Of a stretch of 32,000 nt of DNA, positions 15,590 through 24,887 are shown in pieces. The translations under genes were made by a program, and so were the position numbers. Under the pieces are notes generated by a model. It worked only from the letters and a program-made list of their open reading frames with translations, was not told the DNA's origin and searched no databases. The stretch comes from Pseudodesulfovibrio piezophilus C1TLV30 (GTDB lineage: Bacteria > Desulfobacterota > Desulfovibrionia > Desulfovibrionales > Desulfovibrionaceae), in contig NC_020409.1 of assembly GCF_000341895.1 (NCBI RefSeq), positions 810,001 through 842,000 of the forward strand, written 5' to 3'. Positions within the stretch are counted from its first letter, which is position 1. Each line of letters begins with the position of its first letter.

Positions 15590-16924
15590 ATGCCATACGT
15601 TCCCCATACCGAGGACGAAGTACGGCAGATGCTAGCAACTATTGGCGTGGATTCCGTGGAAGATCTCTTTGCCGAGATCACCGAGGACATGCGCCCGAAA
15701 AGCTATGATCTGCCCGCCGGTTTAAGTGAAATGGAAGTATTGAGTAAGCTGGAGTCCATGGCTGCAAAGAATGCCACGGATCGGGTAAGCTTTCTGGGGG
15801 CAGGTTTCTACGACCATTACATTCCCGCAGCAGTGGATGCGCTGACCATGCGTGGCGAATTCTACACCGCCTATACTCCCTATCAACCCGAAGCATCCCA
15901 AGGGACACTTCAAGCCATTTTCGAATACCAGACAGCAGTAACCCGTTTATTGGGGATGGATTGTGCCAATGCCTCGGTCTACGATGGCGGGACCGCTCTG
16001 TACGAAGCGCTGATGATGGCCGTACGTAAAACAAAACGGCGCAAGATTATCGTTTCAGAAGCCCTGAACCCAATCTATCGGGTCATGCTTGGTTCCTATA
16101 CATCCAATCTGGATATGGAATTCGTAACCGTCCCGCACAAGGATGGCATGACCGACATAGAGGGACTCAAAACCGCCATTGACGGCGAGACAGCTGCCCT
16201 CCTCGTGCAAAATCCGAACTTTTTCGGTTCCATCAATGACTTTACCGACCTGTTCACTGTATGCCGGGAGAACAAGGCCGTATCCATCATTTCATCATAC
16301 CCGGTCCTGCAAACCCTGCTCAAGACCCCGGGAGACATGGGAGCCGACATAGCGGTAGCAGAGGGACAATCCCTGGGTCTACCGCTCTCATTCGGAGGCC
16401 CATATCTTGGCATCATGACCTGTACCAAGAAAATGGTTCGCCAGATGCCGGGACGTATTGTTGGCCGTACAGAGGACTCCCAGGGCCGTACCGGGTACGT
16501 GCTGACCCTTCAAGCGCGAGAGCAACACATCCGCCGCCAGAAGGCGACCTCAAATATCTGCTCCAACCAGTCCCTGTGCGCCTTACGTGCTCTTGTACAC
16601 ATGTGTGCCTTGGGCGAACTCGGCATGAAACGGGCTGCCCGACTGTCCATTGAACGAGCACATATATGCGCCGAACGCCTCACCGCAATCGATGGCGTGG
16701 AAATGCTGACCAAAGGACCATTCGGCAATGAATTTGCCCTCAGCCTCCCGGTCAACGCCTTTGATGTCATAGCCAAGCTCACCGCTCGTGGTTTCGTCCC
16801 CGGCTTCCCTCTCGGCAAATACTATGCGTCCCTCGAAAACGGATTGCTCGTGGCCTGTACGGAAAAGACCAATGAAGAACAAATCGGCATCTTCGCCGAG
16901 ATGCTCAAAGGAGCACTCATATGA
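15590..16924 (+). CDS. gcvPA: Glycine dehydrogenase (aminomethyl-transferring) subunit 1
   Basis: 444 aa beginning MPYVPHTEDEVRQML, with TAYTPYQPEASQG and ICSNQSL, typical of GcvPA. Confidence 0.97.
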   Translation: MPYVPHTEDEVRQMLATIGVDSVEDLFAEITEDMRPKSYDLPAGLSEMEVLSKLESMAAKNATDRVSFLGAGFYDHYIPAAVDALTMRGEFYTAYTPYQPEASQGTLQAIFEYQTAVTRLLGMDCANASVYDGGTALYEALMMAVRKTKRRKIIVSEALNPIYRVMLGSYTSNLDMEFVTVPHKDGMTDIEGLKTAIDGETAALLVQNPNFFGSINDFTDLFTVCRENKAVSIISSYPVLQTLLKTPGDMGADIAVAEGQSLGLPLSFGGPYLGIMTCTKKMVRQMPGRIVGRTEDSQGRTGYVLTLQAREQHIRRQKATSNICSNQSLCALRALVHMCALGELGMKRAARLSIERAHICAERLTAIDGVEMLTKGPFGNEFALSLPVNAFDVIAKLTARGFVPGFPLGKYYASLENGLLVACTEKTNEEQIGIFAEMLKGALI

Positions 16925-18363
16925 AGACCATATTCGATAAATCAGTTGCCGGGCGCGAAGGCTGCTGGCCTTGCGAAGGAATGGCGGAAGAGGCCTATAT
17001 TCCCTCGGAACTGCTGCGAAGCGGCGAAATAGGTCTCCCTTCAGCATCCGAATTGGACGTAGTGCGACATTTCACTAAACTTTCCCAGCGTAATTTCGGT
17101 GTGGATGGGAATTTCTACCCTTTAGGGTCCTGTACCATGAAGTATAACCCTAAATTTACCGAAAATGCCGCTGCCCTTCCCGGTTTTACCCGGTTACATC
17201 CTGTTTTGCCCCAACTCCAGGGAGCTGGTGGATTGTGCCAGGGCGCACTTGAAGTCATGTACGAGACAGAATCCCTGCTATCCGAATTGACAGGGATGTC
17301 CGCATACACCCTGCACCCCATGGCCGGAGCCCACGGCGAGCTGACCGGAGTCATGCTCATGGCTGCCTACCACAAGGACAAAGGGAACAAAAAAACCAAA
17401 ATCATTGTCCCCGACTCGGCGCATGGAACCAACCCCGCGTCAGCTGCCATCGCAGGATATGAAGTCATCAGTATCGAGTCACGCGATGGCATCGTGGACC
17501 CAAAGGCCTTGGCCGAAGTGCTTGATGACCAGGTGGCGGGAATGATGATGACATGCCCCAATACATTGGGTCTGTTTGAAAAACATCTTCCCGAGATTGT
17601 CAGGATGCTCCGGGAAGTTGATGCTTTGCTGTACTATGACGGCGCAAATCTGAATGCCATCATGGGCAAGATGCGCGTTGGTGATGTCGGTTTCGATATT
17701 GTCCACTTGAATTTGCACAAAACCTTTGCCACCCCTCACGGCGGAGGTGGTCCGGGTTCTGGTCCGGTTGGCGTCAGCGAGAAGCTGGTCCCCTACCTTC
17801 CCATTTCTCGCGTTGCGAAACAGGAGGACGGACAGTTCTTTCTTGATTACAATTATCCAAAATCCATCGGCTACATTTCGCCATTTTACGGAAACTTTGG
17901 TGTTGTGCTGAGAGCCTACGCCTACATCCTGCGCCTCGGTGGTCCGGGGTTGGCTCGCGCCACGGAAAATGCGGTTCTGGCCGCCAACTACATGCGAAAA
18001 CGACTGGCCGATCATTTTGAGGTGCCATACAACCGCATCTGCATGCATGAATTTGTCGCCAGCGCATCGGCCCAAGCCGAAAAAGGCATCCGGGCGCTTG
18101 ATATAGCCAAGGCTCTTCTGGATAAAGGACATCATGCGCCGACGGTATACTTCCCGCTCATTGTTCCCGAATCAATTATGATCGAACCCACGGAAACCGA
18201 AAACAAGGAAACCTTGGACGCATTCATTGATGATCTCATTGATATTGTCACAATGGTGGATACAAACCCGGATGCCATCCATGCCGCTCCTGTCACGCTT
18301 CCCGTAACAAGATTGGATGAAACCAAAGCCGCCCGCTCCATGGAGCTGACCGATGACTTATGA
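16921..18363 (+). CDS. gcvPB: Glycine dehydrogenase (aminomethyl-transferring) subunit 2
   Basis: 480 aa with the PLP-lysine motif HLNLHKTFATPHGGGGPG. It overlaps gcvPA by ATGA. Confidence 0.97.
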   Translation: MKTIFDKSVAGREGCWPCEGMAEEAYIPSELLRSGEIGLPSASELDVVRHFTKLSQRNFGVDGNFYPLGSCTMKYNPKFTENAAALPGFTRLHPVLPQLQGAGGLCQGALEVMYETESLLSELTGMSAYTLHPMAGAHGELTGVMLMAAYHKDKGNKKTKIIVPDSAHGTNPASAAIAGYEVISIESRDGIVDPKALAEVLDDQVAGMMMTCPNTLGLFEKHLPEIVRMLREVDALLYYDGANLNAIMGKMRVGDVGFDIVHLNLHKTFATPHGGGGPGSGPVGVSEKLVPYLPISRVAKQEDGQFFLDYNYPKSIGYISPFYGNFGVVLRAYAYILRLGGPGLARATENAVLAANYMRKRLADHFEVPYNRICMHEFVASASAQAEKGIRALDIAKALLDKGHHAPTVYFPLIVPESIMIEPTETENKETLDAFIDDLIDIVTMVDTNPDAIHAAPVTLPVTRLDETKAARSMELTDDL

Positions 18364-19717
18364 TCTGATTGTCATAGGCGCTGGTCCCGGAGGATTTGAT
18401 GCAGCTGTGGCTGGTGCCGAAAAAGGCTTGAAGGTTGCACTGGTCGAAAAAAAGCTTCTTGGCGGTACCTGCCTCAACTGGGGATGCATCCCGACCAAAC
18501 TTTGGCTGGGGGCGACGACGGCCATTGACGAATTGCATAACCAGGCGAAAATGAAAGTCGCATCTGGAGAAGTAAGCATTGCCTTTCCAGCACTCCAGGC
18601 ACGGGTGCAGAAACACCTGGCCGGAACGCGCAAGGCCATGGGGGCACAGCTCAAGAAACTCGGCATCGACCTGCTCGAAGGGATCGGAACCCTGAAAGGC
18701 ACAGGAGAAATCTCAGTGGCAACCAAGGATGGGAAAATCACTGCCACGTACAAAGACCTGATCATTGCCACAGGGTCACAACCACTTTTCTTCCCTGGCC
18801 TCGAGCCGGATGGAGAGTGCATTCTTGATTCAAACATGTTCCTTGGTGTGGAAGAGATGCCCTCTTCACTCATTGTTGTCGGGGCAGGTTTCATAGGGAT
18901 AGAAATGGCACAGGTTGCACACCGCATGGGTGCCAAAGTAACACTTATTGATGCCATGGATCGAGTTGCTCCATTGGAAGACCCTGAAGTTTCCAAGGCG
19001 CTTCAATCCACATTCAAACGCTGGAAATGGGACGTTCTCCTTGAAAAACGCGTGGCCGGAGTCCAAACTATTGATGGCAAGGGCGTTCTAACGCTCGATA
19101 ACCGCGACAAGATCGAAGCGGACCTGATCCTTGTGGCAGTGGGCCGTGGCCCTGTTACTGGCGGCATGGCATTGGCGGAAGCTGGAGTTGAACGACAATT
19201 CAACAAGATCGAGGTTGACGAAAACCTTCAGGCAGCCCCCAATATCTATGCTATCGGTGACGTAAACGGCATCATTCAGTTGGCCCATGCAGCTTCTCAT
19301 CAGGCACATTATGTTGTCTCTCGCATTACAGGCAAAACCGATCTGCCATATGAATCAGGACCGGTCCCCAGCGTGCTCTATGGCGCGCCGGAAGTCATGC
19401 GCGTAGGGTTGACAGAGAATGAAGCATTCCTTTCCGATTATGAAACGACGGAAACCTCAAAAGCTCAACTGGCAGCCAATCCCATGGCTCAGGCACACGC
19501 GGCCACACAGGGATTTGTCAAGGTTGTCTGGTCCAATGGTACAGTTGTCGGCATTACGGCGGTGGGACATGATGTATCACGACTCTGTGTGGCTGCCACC
19601 ATGATCGTCCAACAAGCCTGGACCGCAAAAGATATCCACAAGACCATTTTCCCGCACCCGTCCCTGGACGAGTCGCTGCTGATGGCACTCAAAGCTGAAA
19701 GGAAGAAAACAGCATGA
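18353..19717 (+). CDS. lpdA: Dihydrolipoyl dehydrogenase (L protein)
   Basis: FAD fold DLIVIGAGPGG, redox disulfide GGTCLNWGCIPTK and C-terminal HPHPSLDES. It overlaps the gcvPB end by 11 nt. Confidence 0.93.
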   Translation: MTYDLIVIGAGPGGFDAAVAGAEKGLKVALVEKKLLGGTCLNWGCIPTKLWLGATTAIDELHNQAKMKVASGEVSIAFPALQARVQKHLAGTRKAMGAQLKKLGIDLLEGIGTLKGTGEISVATKDGKITATYKDLIIATGSQPLFFPGLEPDGECILDSNMFLGVEEMPSSLIVVGAGFIGIEMAQVAHRMGAKVTLIDAMDRVAPLEDPEVSKALQSTFKRWKWDVLLEKRVAGVQTIDGKGVLTLDNRDKIEADLILVAVGRGPVTGGMALAEAGVERQFNKIEVDENLQAAPNIYAIGDVNGIIQLAHAASHQAHYVVSRITGKTDLPYESGPVPSVLYGAPEVMRVGLTENEAFLSDYETTETSKAQLAANPMAQAHAATQGFVKVVWSNGTVVGITAVGHDVSRLCVAATMIVQQAWTAKDIHKTIFPHPSLDESLLMALKAERKKTA

Positions 19718-20163
19718 TCATCGATATCTTGAAGAACGCATCTGACTATGTCGCCCTCAATCCCCACTTTGCCAAAGCATTCGCCTTCCTCAACCGGGAA
19801 GACCTTGCCGATCTCGAAGTCGGCAGACATGACGTAGACGGTCAGAATGTCTACGCTGTCGTTGCCAAAGGACACGGTCGTAAAGCCGAGGAAGCGCTCA
19901 TCGAGACTCATGATCACTATATTGATATTCAATTTGTACTGCGGGGAACGGACTCCATCGGATGGAAAGCGCGACACGACCTGGGACCAACAATCCAGGC
20001 TTCAGACCCACGCAGCGATGTGGACTTCTATGAAGATCCACCCACACATTGGACAGACATTACGCCGGGTATGCTTGGCATATACTTCCCGGAAGACGGT
20101 CATATGCCGATGATCTCGGAAGGAGAACTTCACAAGGTTATCGTGAAGGTGGCCATGAAGTAA
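19714..20163 (+). CDS. YhcH/YjgK/YiaL family (DUF386, cupin-like) protein
   Basis: 149 aa with GRHDVDGQNVYAVV...ETHDHYIDIQFVLRG...FYEDP...YFPEDGHMP, typical of this family. It overlaps lpd by ATGA. Confidence 0.85.
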   Translation: MIIDILKNASDYVALNPHFAKAFAFLNREDLADLEVGRHDVDGQNVYAVVAKGHGRKAEEALIETHDHYIDIQFVLRGTDSIGWKARHDLGPTIQASDPRSDVDFYEDPPTHWTDITPGMLGIYFPEDGHMPMISEGELHKVIVKVAMK

Positions 20164-20190
20164 CATCAACTCAAGGCGCATGTCATATAT

Positions 20191-20230
20191 CAGGACCAGA
20201 TGTTCAATGAACATCTGGTCCTGTTTTTTT
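20191..20230 (+). terminator. Rho-independent terminator of the gcv-lpd-yhcH operon
   Basis: Perfect 15-bp stem CAGGACCAGATGTTC (20191-20205) / GAACATCTGGTCCTG (20209-20223), followed by T7. Confidence 0.88.
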
Positions 20231-20354
20231 GTATAATCAAAGAATATTCTCCTATTCACAGCCTGGTGTCATTTTTTTATCCCCCACCTCTGGTTTCCCG
20301 GTTGGCTTCTTCAGCCCAAGCATGCTCTTCTGAGGCAATAATAAGGAAAGAATC

Positions 20355-20743
20355 ATGCTGGAACGGATCAAACACTTCGAAGACAAAATTCACTATGAAT
20401 TGGATTCATGGGACCATGATGAAGCGCTCAAGAGCGACGAGAAAGTAACGGTCACGGATACGCGATCAGCAGCCGCATACGTAAAAGGGTATATTCCCGG
20501 AGCACTCACACTCCCGCATCGTGACATGAATAATAAAACAAATGCAGAGCTGAATAGAGATACTGTCTACATCACAAATTGTGATGAATAGGTTGTCATG
20601 CCTCCACCAAAAGAACTTTGAATATGCCCCGCCTCTGCTTTCGGATCAGAGAACTTATCGGAGGCTTGGACTGATGGCAAAGAGACGGGTGCCCGACTTT
20701 AGCAAGCTCCATGGAAAAGACCATGCCCAGTGGCTGCGAATAA
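20355..20743 (+). pseudogene. Rhodanese-domain sulfurtransferase pseudogene (1-nt deletion plus TGG->TGA)
   Basis: The first frame gives ...DTRSAAAYVKGYIPGALTLPHRDM...VYITNCDE-stop (TAG 20589-20591). The -1 frame from 20588 continues IGCHASTK...FRIRELIGGLD-TGA(20672-20674)-WQRDG...stop 20741-20743. Restoring one G near 20586 gives CDGIGCHAS. Confidence 0.7.
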
Positions 20744-20757
20744 GAACATTAACAAGA

Positions 20758-21276
20758 CTAGTGGACTGCGTATTCATCCGGTTCAGGAACAAAAAAACCG
20801 CCATGCATGGGCATTTCCAAGGCAAGAAGTCCCTCTATGGTCAAATCGGGGCCAACCCATATCTTGTTACTCGGTCTGAATCCTTTCACCAAGCGTTTGG
20901 CATGATCAAGTGATGTTGCTACCTGCTGAACATAATTAGCCTTGGAAAAGGTAAATTCAGCATCATGCGCCCAGTCCGGCCTGGGTTCATCCGTGGGCCA
21001 TGAAATGGGATTCTTCAATCGCCAGATAACGGAATCAGGAGTGTGGGAGATCACGACTCCATCATCTATGCCCTGACAGGCCGGATTACCGCAATCACAG
21101 GTGTAGATAAAAAATTCACCAGAGATGGTGGACGATGTGACAAGTGCAACAGGGTCAACATACACATTGACCTCGTGCAAGTATTGGCCGTCCACAGAGA
21201 GGTTGAAGTCAAGATAGGCGTCATCGGGATGTTTTTCATCCAAAGACAGAGTTGCTGTTATTCTGATATCATTCAT
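20758..21276 (-). CDS. Hypothetical protein (172 aa)
   Basis: It is a long ORF with ordinary amino-acid composition and a YTCDCGNPACQG Cys motif. I recognised no family. Confidence 0.55.
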   Translation of the reverse strand: MNDIRITATLSLDEKHPDDAYLDFNLSVDGQYLHEVNVYVDPVALVTSSTISGEFFIYTCDCGNPACQGIDDGVVISHTPDSVIWRLKNPISWPTDEPRPDWAHDAEFTFSKANYVQQVATSLDHAKRLVKGFRPSNKIWVGPDLTIEGLLALEMPMHGGFFVPEPDEYAVH

Positions 21277-21378
21277 ATATATGTGTTCCTTCAGTACTTC
21301 ATAAGTCCATCAGCACGAAAACGGGCTGACGCGTCGCATTTAGCACACTTGAGACCGCACGACAACGACTCTCCCGAG

Positions 21379-23130
21379 TCAGCCGTTCCCCAGTAGTTCG
21401 TCTCTGACTAAAGCTGAATTGTAAGCGGCGTTGATAGCTGATTCTGTTAATGTTCCAGCCAGTTGAGGTCTCATCTTCGAGGTTAGAACAGGTAACTGGG
21501 AAACACCCTTGTCCGTGATCTGATCCAATGCTTCCTGCAAGGTGTCATCCATGGTAACCGTCACAAGCTCACGAGTAGCGAGATCATGGGCGATTATGAG
21601 ATTCAACAGACCATCCTCATTCAACACTGCCCGAATATCGCGAAACGAAATGATGCCGGTCAAACGATTTTCCTCATCGACAACATGAAGGTATGGTGCG
21701 TTTTTGACCTTGAAGGTCCATACTATCTGCTCCAGAGGCATGGACTGGGGAATGGTCACAACCTCGCTGGTCATGACCTCCTTGACCATAATGTGTTCCA
21801 AAAGATGTCGTTCCCGCCCGGCCTCAATATCGATACCTCGCCGAAGCAAACGAGTCGTATAGATAGATGCCCGTCGGATCGTGGAATTCATGACCGTAGC
21901 CGTTATACAAGTAAGCATCAGCGGGAGTATGATCGAATAAGTCCCTGACATCTCGAATATTATAAGAATAGCGGTAATAGGCGCGTAGGTCGTCCCGGCT
22001 ACCACGCCCCCCATCGCGACAAGTGCGTATGCGCCAGGAACAGCAGTCTGCCCTGGCAAAAGAGTATGAAGGACCAGTCCGAAGGCACCGCCAGTCATGC
22101 ACCCCATAAACAGAGAGGGAGCAAAAATCCCCCCTGACCCTCCAGACCCCAAGGTCAGAGATGAAGCTAGAATCTTGACAAAAATAAGCATGAAAAGAGG
22201 CCACAAATCCATGGAATTTGTCAGGGCCATATTCATGGCACCATATCCCACACCAAAGACTTCCGGAAAGAGAGAAAAAACACAGCCGAGAAGTATGCCA
22301 CCCAGTGCCGGTTTTATCCATTCCGGTATGGACATGGCATCAAACCAATCTTCGCACTGATATAAGATTTTTGTAAACGCCAATGCCACAAACCCGGTAA
22401 GAATACCTAATACCGGGTAAAAACAAAATTCCCATAACGAAACTATGGAATACTCCGGGATCTTGAAATGGGGAAAATCACCAAAATAATAGCGCGAGAT
22501 AGTTGTCGCAGTCACTGAAGAAAGCACGACCGGAGAAAACTGCATGACTCCGAAGTCACCGATAATAATCTCCAATGCGAAGAGAACTCCCGCAATGGGA
22601 GCATTGAAGGTCGCGGCGATACCAGCAGCAGCTCCACAGCCAACCATGGTCCGCATATGTACACTCGGAACCTTGAACAATTGGCCGATGGAGGAACCGA
22701 TGGAAGAACCGATCTGAACCATCGGCCCCTCACGTCCCACAGACCCTCCAGAGCCTATGGTAATGGCCGAAGCAAAAATTTTGGCAGCAGCCACTCGTTT
22801 TCGAATGCGTCCGCCCCGAAGGGCAATGGCCTGTATAACTTCAGGCACACCATGCCCCTTGGCCTCACTGGCAAAAAAATTCACAACCAAACCAACAGCC
22901 AGTCCGCCAATGCCAGGCATGACTATTTTCATCCACAGAGGCACTGTATCTGCCATATGGACCATGTCTTCGGTGTTCTGATAAAATAGCCACTGCATGA
23001 ATTTGAGAATATATTTGAAAAGGACAGCGCCATACCCGGCAAGTATTCCGATCAGGATTGCAAGAAACAGGTACTGAATATTGGGTCGTTTGAGCCTTTC
23101 AAAAAGGGGTTCTCCACTATGCTCCGGCAT
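21379..23130 (-). CDS. ClC-family voltage-gated chloride channel / H+-Cl- antiporter with C-terminal tandem CBS domains
   Basis: GSGGSVGREGP, GAAAGIAATFNAPIAG and GGIFAPSLF selectivity motifs are present, with two CBS-like repeats at the C-terminus. ATG 23130 has a GGAG SD; ATG 23184 is an alternative start. Confidence 0.9.
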   Translation of the reverse strand: MPEHSGEPLFERLKRPNIQYLFLAILIGILAGYGAVLFKYILKFMQWLFYQNTEDMVHMADTVPLWMKIVMPGIGGLAVGLVVNFFASEAKGHGVPEVIQAIALRGGRIRKRVAAAKIFASAITIGSGGSVGREGPMVQIGSSIGSSIGQLFKVPSVHMRTMVGCGAAAGIAATFNAPIAGVLFALEIIIGDFGVMQFSPVVLSSVTATTISRYYFGDFPHFKIPEYSIVSLWEFCFYPVLGILTGFVALAFTKILYQCEDWFDAMSIPEWIKPALGGILLGCVFSLFPEVFGVGYGAMNMALTNSMDLWPLFMLIFVKILASSLTLGSGGSGGIFAPSLFMGCMTGGAFGLVLHTLLPGQTAVPGAYALVAMGGVVAGTTYAPITAILIIFEMSGTYSIILPLMLTCITATVMNSTIRRASIYTTRLLRRGIDIEAGRERHLLEHIMVKEVMTSEVVTIPQSMPLEQIVWTFKVKNAPYLHVVDEENRLTGIISFRDIRAVLNEDGLLNLIIAHDLATRELVTVTMDDTLQEALDQITDKGVSQLPVLTSKMRPQLAGTLTESAINAAYNSALVRDELLGNG

Positions 23131-23312
23131 GGATACTCCAGATTTCACTTGATATTCGCAGTTGACAAAGAGAGTGCCCGACATATCTCAACCTATCCGA
23201 GACTAACCCGAATCCGACATTAAGTGCAATGCAGCGACGCAACTTGAGCGAAACCGGGAAAAAAGGTACTCAGACCATCCGACCATTCATCACATACCAA
23301 TGGAGACCATAC

Positions 23313-23837
23313 ATGCCTAAATATGATATTACGCCCCTGAAGCCTCAACCGGAATTCGACATGATGTATTTCCTTGAAATAGCAGGAGAAACTCGTGTTG
23401 ATCAGCAGATCATGGACGATTTTGAACCATTCTGGGATACATGGGCAAAAGAAAGCCTCAAAGCATTCGAGTTGACCAACACTGAAGGTGAAGGGAAATT
23501 TCTTCTCATATTCCTTGAAGAAGACGTGGAAAATACTATCGAAGGGATCTGGCAGGACTCCCCGACACACGGGCTTCTCTTCCACAACCTTGCCATAGCC
23601 ATGGTCATGAGCACGGCACAAGGTTTTGTTCCCGAACTCGGAGATGGACAATGTGCCCCCCTCCCTCGTCCGGGCGAAGGAGTTCTCGGTGCTTTCGCTG
23701 AACTGGGACTGACCTGGAATCAGGAAGGAACAGTCAACCGTAAATTCGCCGTCCTCACTCCCTACCCATATAATGGCGGCTGTGAAATCTGTTACATGAG
23801 CGAGACCTGTCCCAAGAGTACAGTCAAAGCCCAATAG
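23313..23837 (+). CDS. Hypothetical cytoplasmic protein with a C-terminal Cys motif
   Basis: GGAG SD precedes ATG 23313. Codon usage resembles the neighbouring genes. It ends in GGCEICYMSETCPK (CxxC-x5-C), with one more Cys in GDGQCAPLPRPG. The ORF-track start at 23229 has no SD. Confidence 0.6.
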   Translation: MPKYDITPLKPQPEFDMMYFLEIAGETRVDQQIMDDFEPFWDTWAKESLKAFELTNTEGEGKFLLIFLEEDVENTIEGIWQDSPTHGLLFHNLAIAMVMSTAQGFVPELGDGQCAPLPRPGEGVLGAFAELGLTWNQEGTVNRKFAVLTPYPYNGGCEICYMSETCPKSTVKAQ

Positions 23838-23927
23838 GCAGCTTCTGGTTTATCCGGCGACTCATTTCCCTCTTTCACCCAACTCGGTTGGAAGCAATAA
23901 TGAACTTCAGCAGGACACGAAAAACCG

Positions 23928-24308
23928 ATGCTCAACACATATGCCATTGCGTGGCTCCCGATGGTTCTTTTCGCACTTCTCAATGGTGCGGCGAGGGACA
24001 AACTATACGGGCCTCTGATGTCCGAACTGCGAGCACACCAGCTTTCGTGCTTCACAGCAGTTTTGCTCTTTGGTCTGTATACACTTCTGCTCGAAGACCT
24101 TTGGCCCTTGAATTCTTCGGGTGAAGCACTCTGGGCAGGGATGATATGGGTGGCACAAACTCTCGTCTTTGAACTCGGTCTCGTCCTTTTTGTTCAGACG
24201 AATTCACTCGAAAGGGTTTTGCAGGACTATAACCTGATGGCCGGACGATTATGGCTCCTGGTCCTCGTGATCATAGGAATTCTCCCCTGGGCCGTCTTTA
24301 CCTATTAA
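23928..24308 (+). CDS. Small integral membrane protein (about 4 TM segments), unknown function
   Basis: 126 aa with four hydrophobic stretches (AIAWLPMVLFALL, CFTAVLLFGLYTLLL, LWAGMIWVAQTLVFELGLVLF, LWLLVLVIIGILPWAVF). Confidence 0.6.
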   Translation: MLNTYAIAWLPMVLFALLNGAARDKLYGPLMSELRAHQLSCFTAVLLFGLYTLLLEDLWPLNSSGEALWAGMIWVAQTLVFELGLVLFVQTNSLERVLQDYNLMAGRLWLLVLVIIGILPWAVFTY

Positions 24309-24322
24309 ACCTGAAATGCTCG

Positions 24323-24355
24323 AAAGCCCCACTTGTTATGAGTGGGGCTTTTTTT
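24323..24355 (+). terminator. Rho-independent terminator
   Basis: Stem AAAGCCCCACT (24323-24333) / AGTGGGGCTTT (24341-24351), running into TTTTTTT. Confidence 0.8.
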
Positions 24356-24419
24356 ACTTTGCCAATTCATTCGAAAGACACATGACATTCTTCCAAAACA
24401 CTGTTTAGTTTAAAGAATA

Positions 24420-24887
24420 TCAAAAATAGGCCAAATTCTGTGGTGCGGTCTTCCCTTTAAATAACGTTTCAACCTTGACTCGATCCTCGCCATTGATCTT
24501 TAATTCCGAAACATTCAGCACTGACCCGAGACCGCCGTATGTTTTGACTGCCCGGTCAATGAAATCAGCGTCAACAAAGGCGGCCTTCACAGTCACAACC
24601 CGCCCACCCCAACTCACAGACAAGGGCAACACAGGCTCGCGCTGCGGCGCAGCAGTGATACAATTTCCTGTCTTGACAAGCGCTTCCATCACCTGGTCAG
24701 GAAACATGCCACCAAGACGTCCCAATTGTTCTGCAAAAGCGGGCATAACAGCAATATAATAATAATGATCGATCTTGCAGGCAATGGATTTGCCCGGCAT
24801 GTTGAAGATCCAGGGTTCCTCGGCAAATCCCTTACCGAGGGTTTGTTGCAGCCTTTCCACAATTCCGGTGTAGTCCTTCAGTGGCAT
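24420..24887 (-). CDS. Hypothetical protein (155 aa)
   Basis: The ORF lies 118 nt downstream of aroC on the same strand. I recognised no family. Confidence 0.6.
   Translation of the reverse strand: MPLKDYTGIVERLQQTLGKGFAEEPWIFNMPGKSIACKIDHYYYIAVMPAFAEQLGRLGGMFPDQVMEALVKTGNCITAAPQREPVLPLSVSWGGRVVTVKAAFVDADFIDRAVKTYGGLGSVLNVSELKINGEDRVKVETLFKGKTAPQNLAYF

Noticed and set aside
20672-20674. The in-frame TGA in the rhodanese gene as a possible selenocysteine codon, since rhodanese-like selenoproteins are known.
   Set aside because: The TGA aligns with the conserved Trp of the C-terminal GGxxxW motif, not with the catalytic Cys. The gene also carries a frameshift in the active-site loop. I saw no SECIS-like hairpin directly downstream.
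20581-20913. The 110-aa plus-strand ORF from the ORF track.
   Set aside because: It is the third frame across the rhodanese pseudogene and overlaps the convergent 20758..21276 gene. Its basic, low-complexity translation shows no motifs.
23220-23834. A 204-aa minus-strand ORF almost exactly co-extensive with the plus-strand ORF 23229..23837.
   Set aside because: Its codons are in register with the plus-strand codons. That is the classic shadow frame, which stays open when the sense gene avoids TTA, CTA and TCA. The plus-strand gene has a GGAG SD, codon usage like its neighbours, and a downstream co-directional gene plus terminator. I did not treat this as overlapping genes.
24405-24422. The TGA stop of the 24420..24887 gene as possible Sec read-through (TGA TAT TCT TTA AAC TAA).
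   Set aside because: The extension would be five residues with no Cys/Sec logic. There is no convincing hairpin with a G/U apical loop at the right distance, and no redox motif in the protein.
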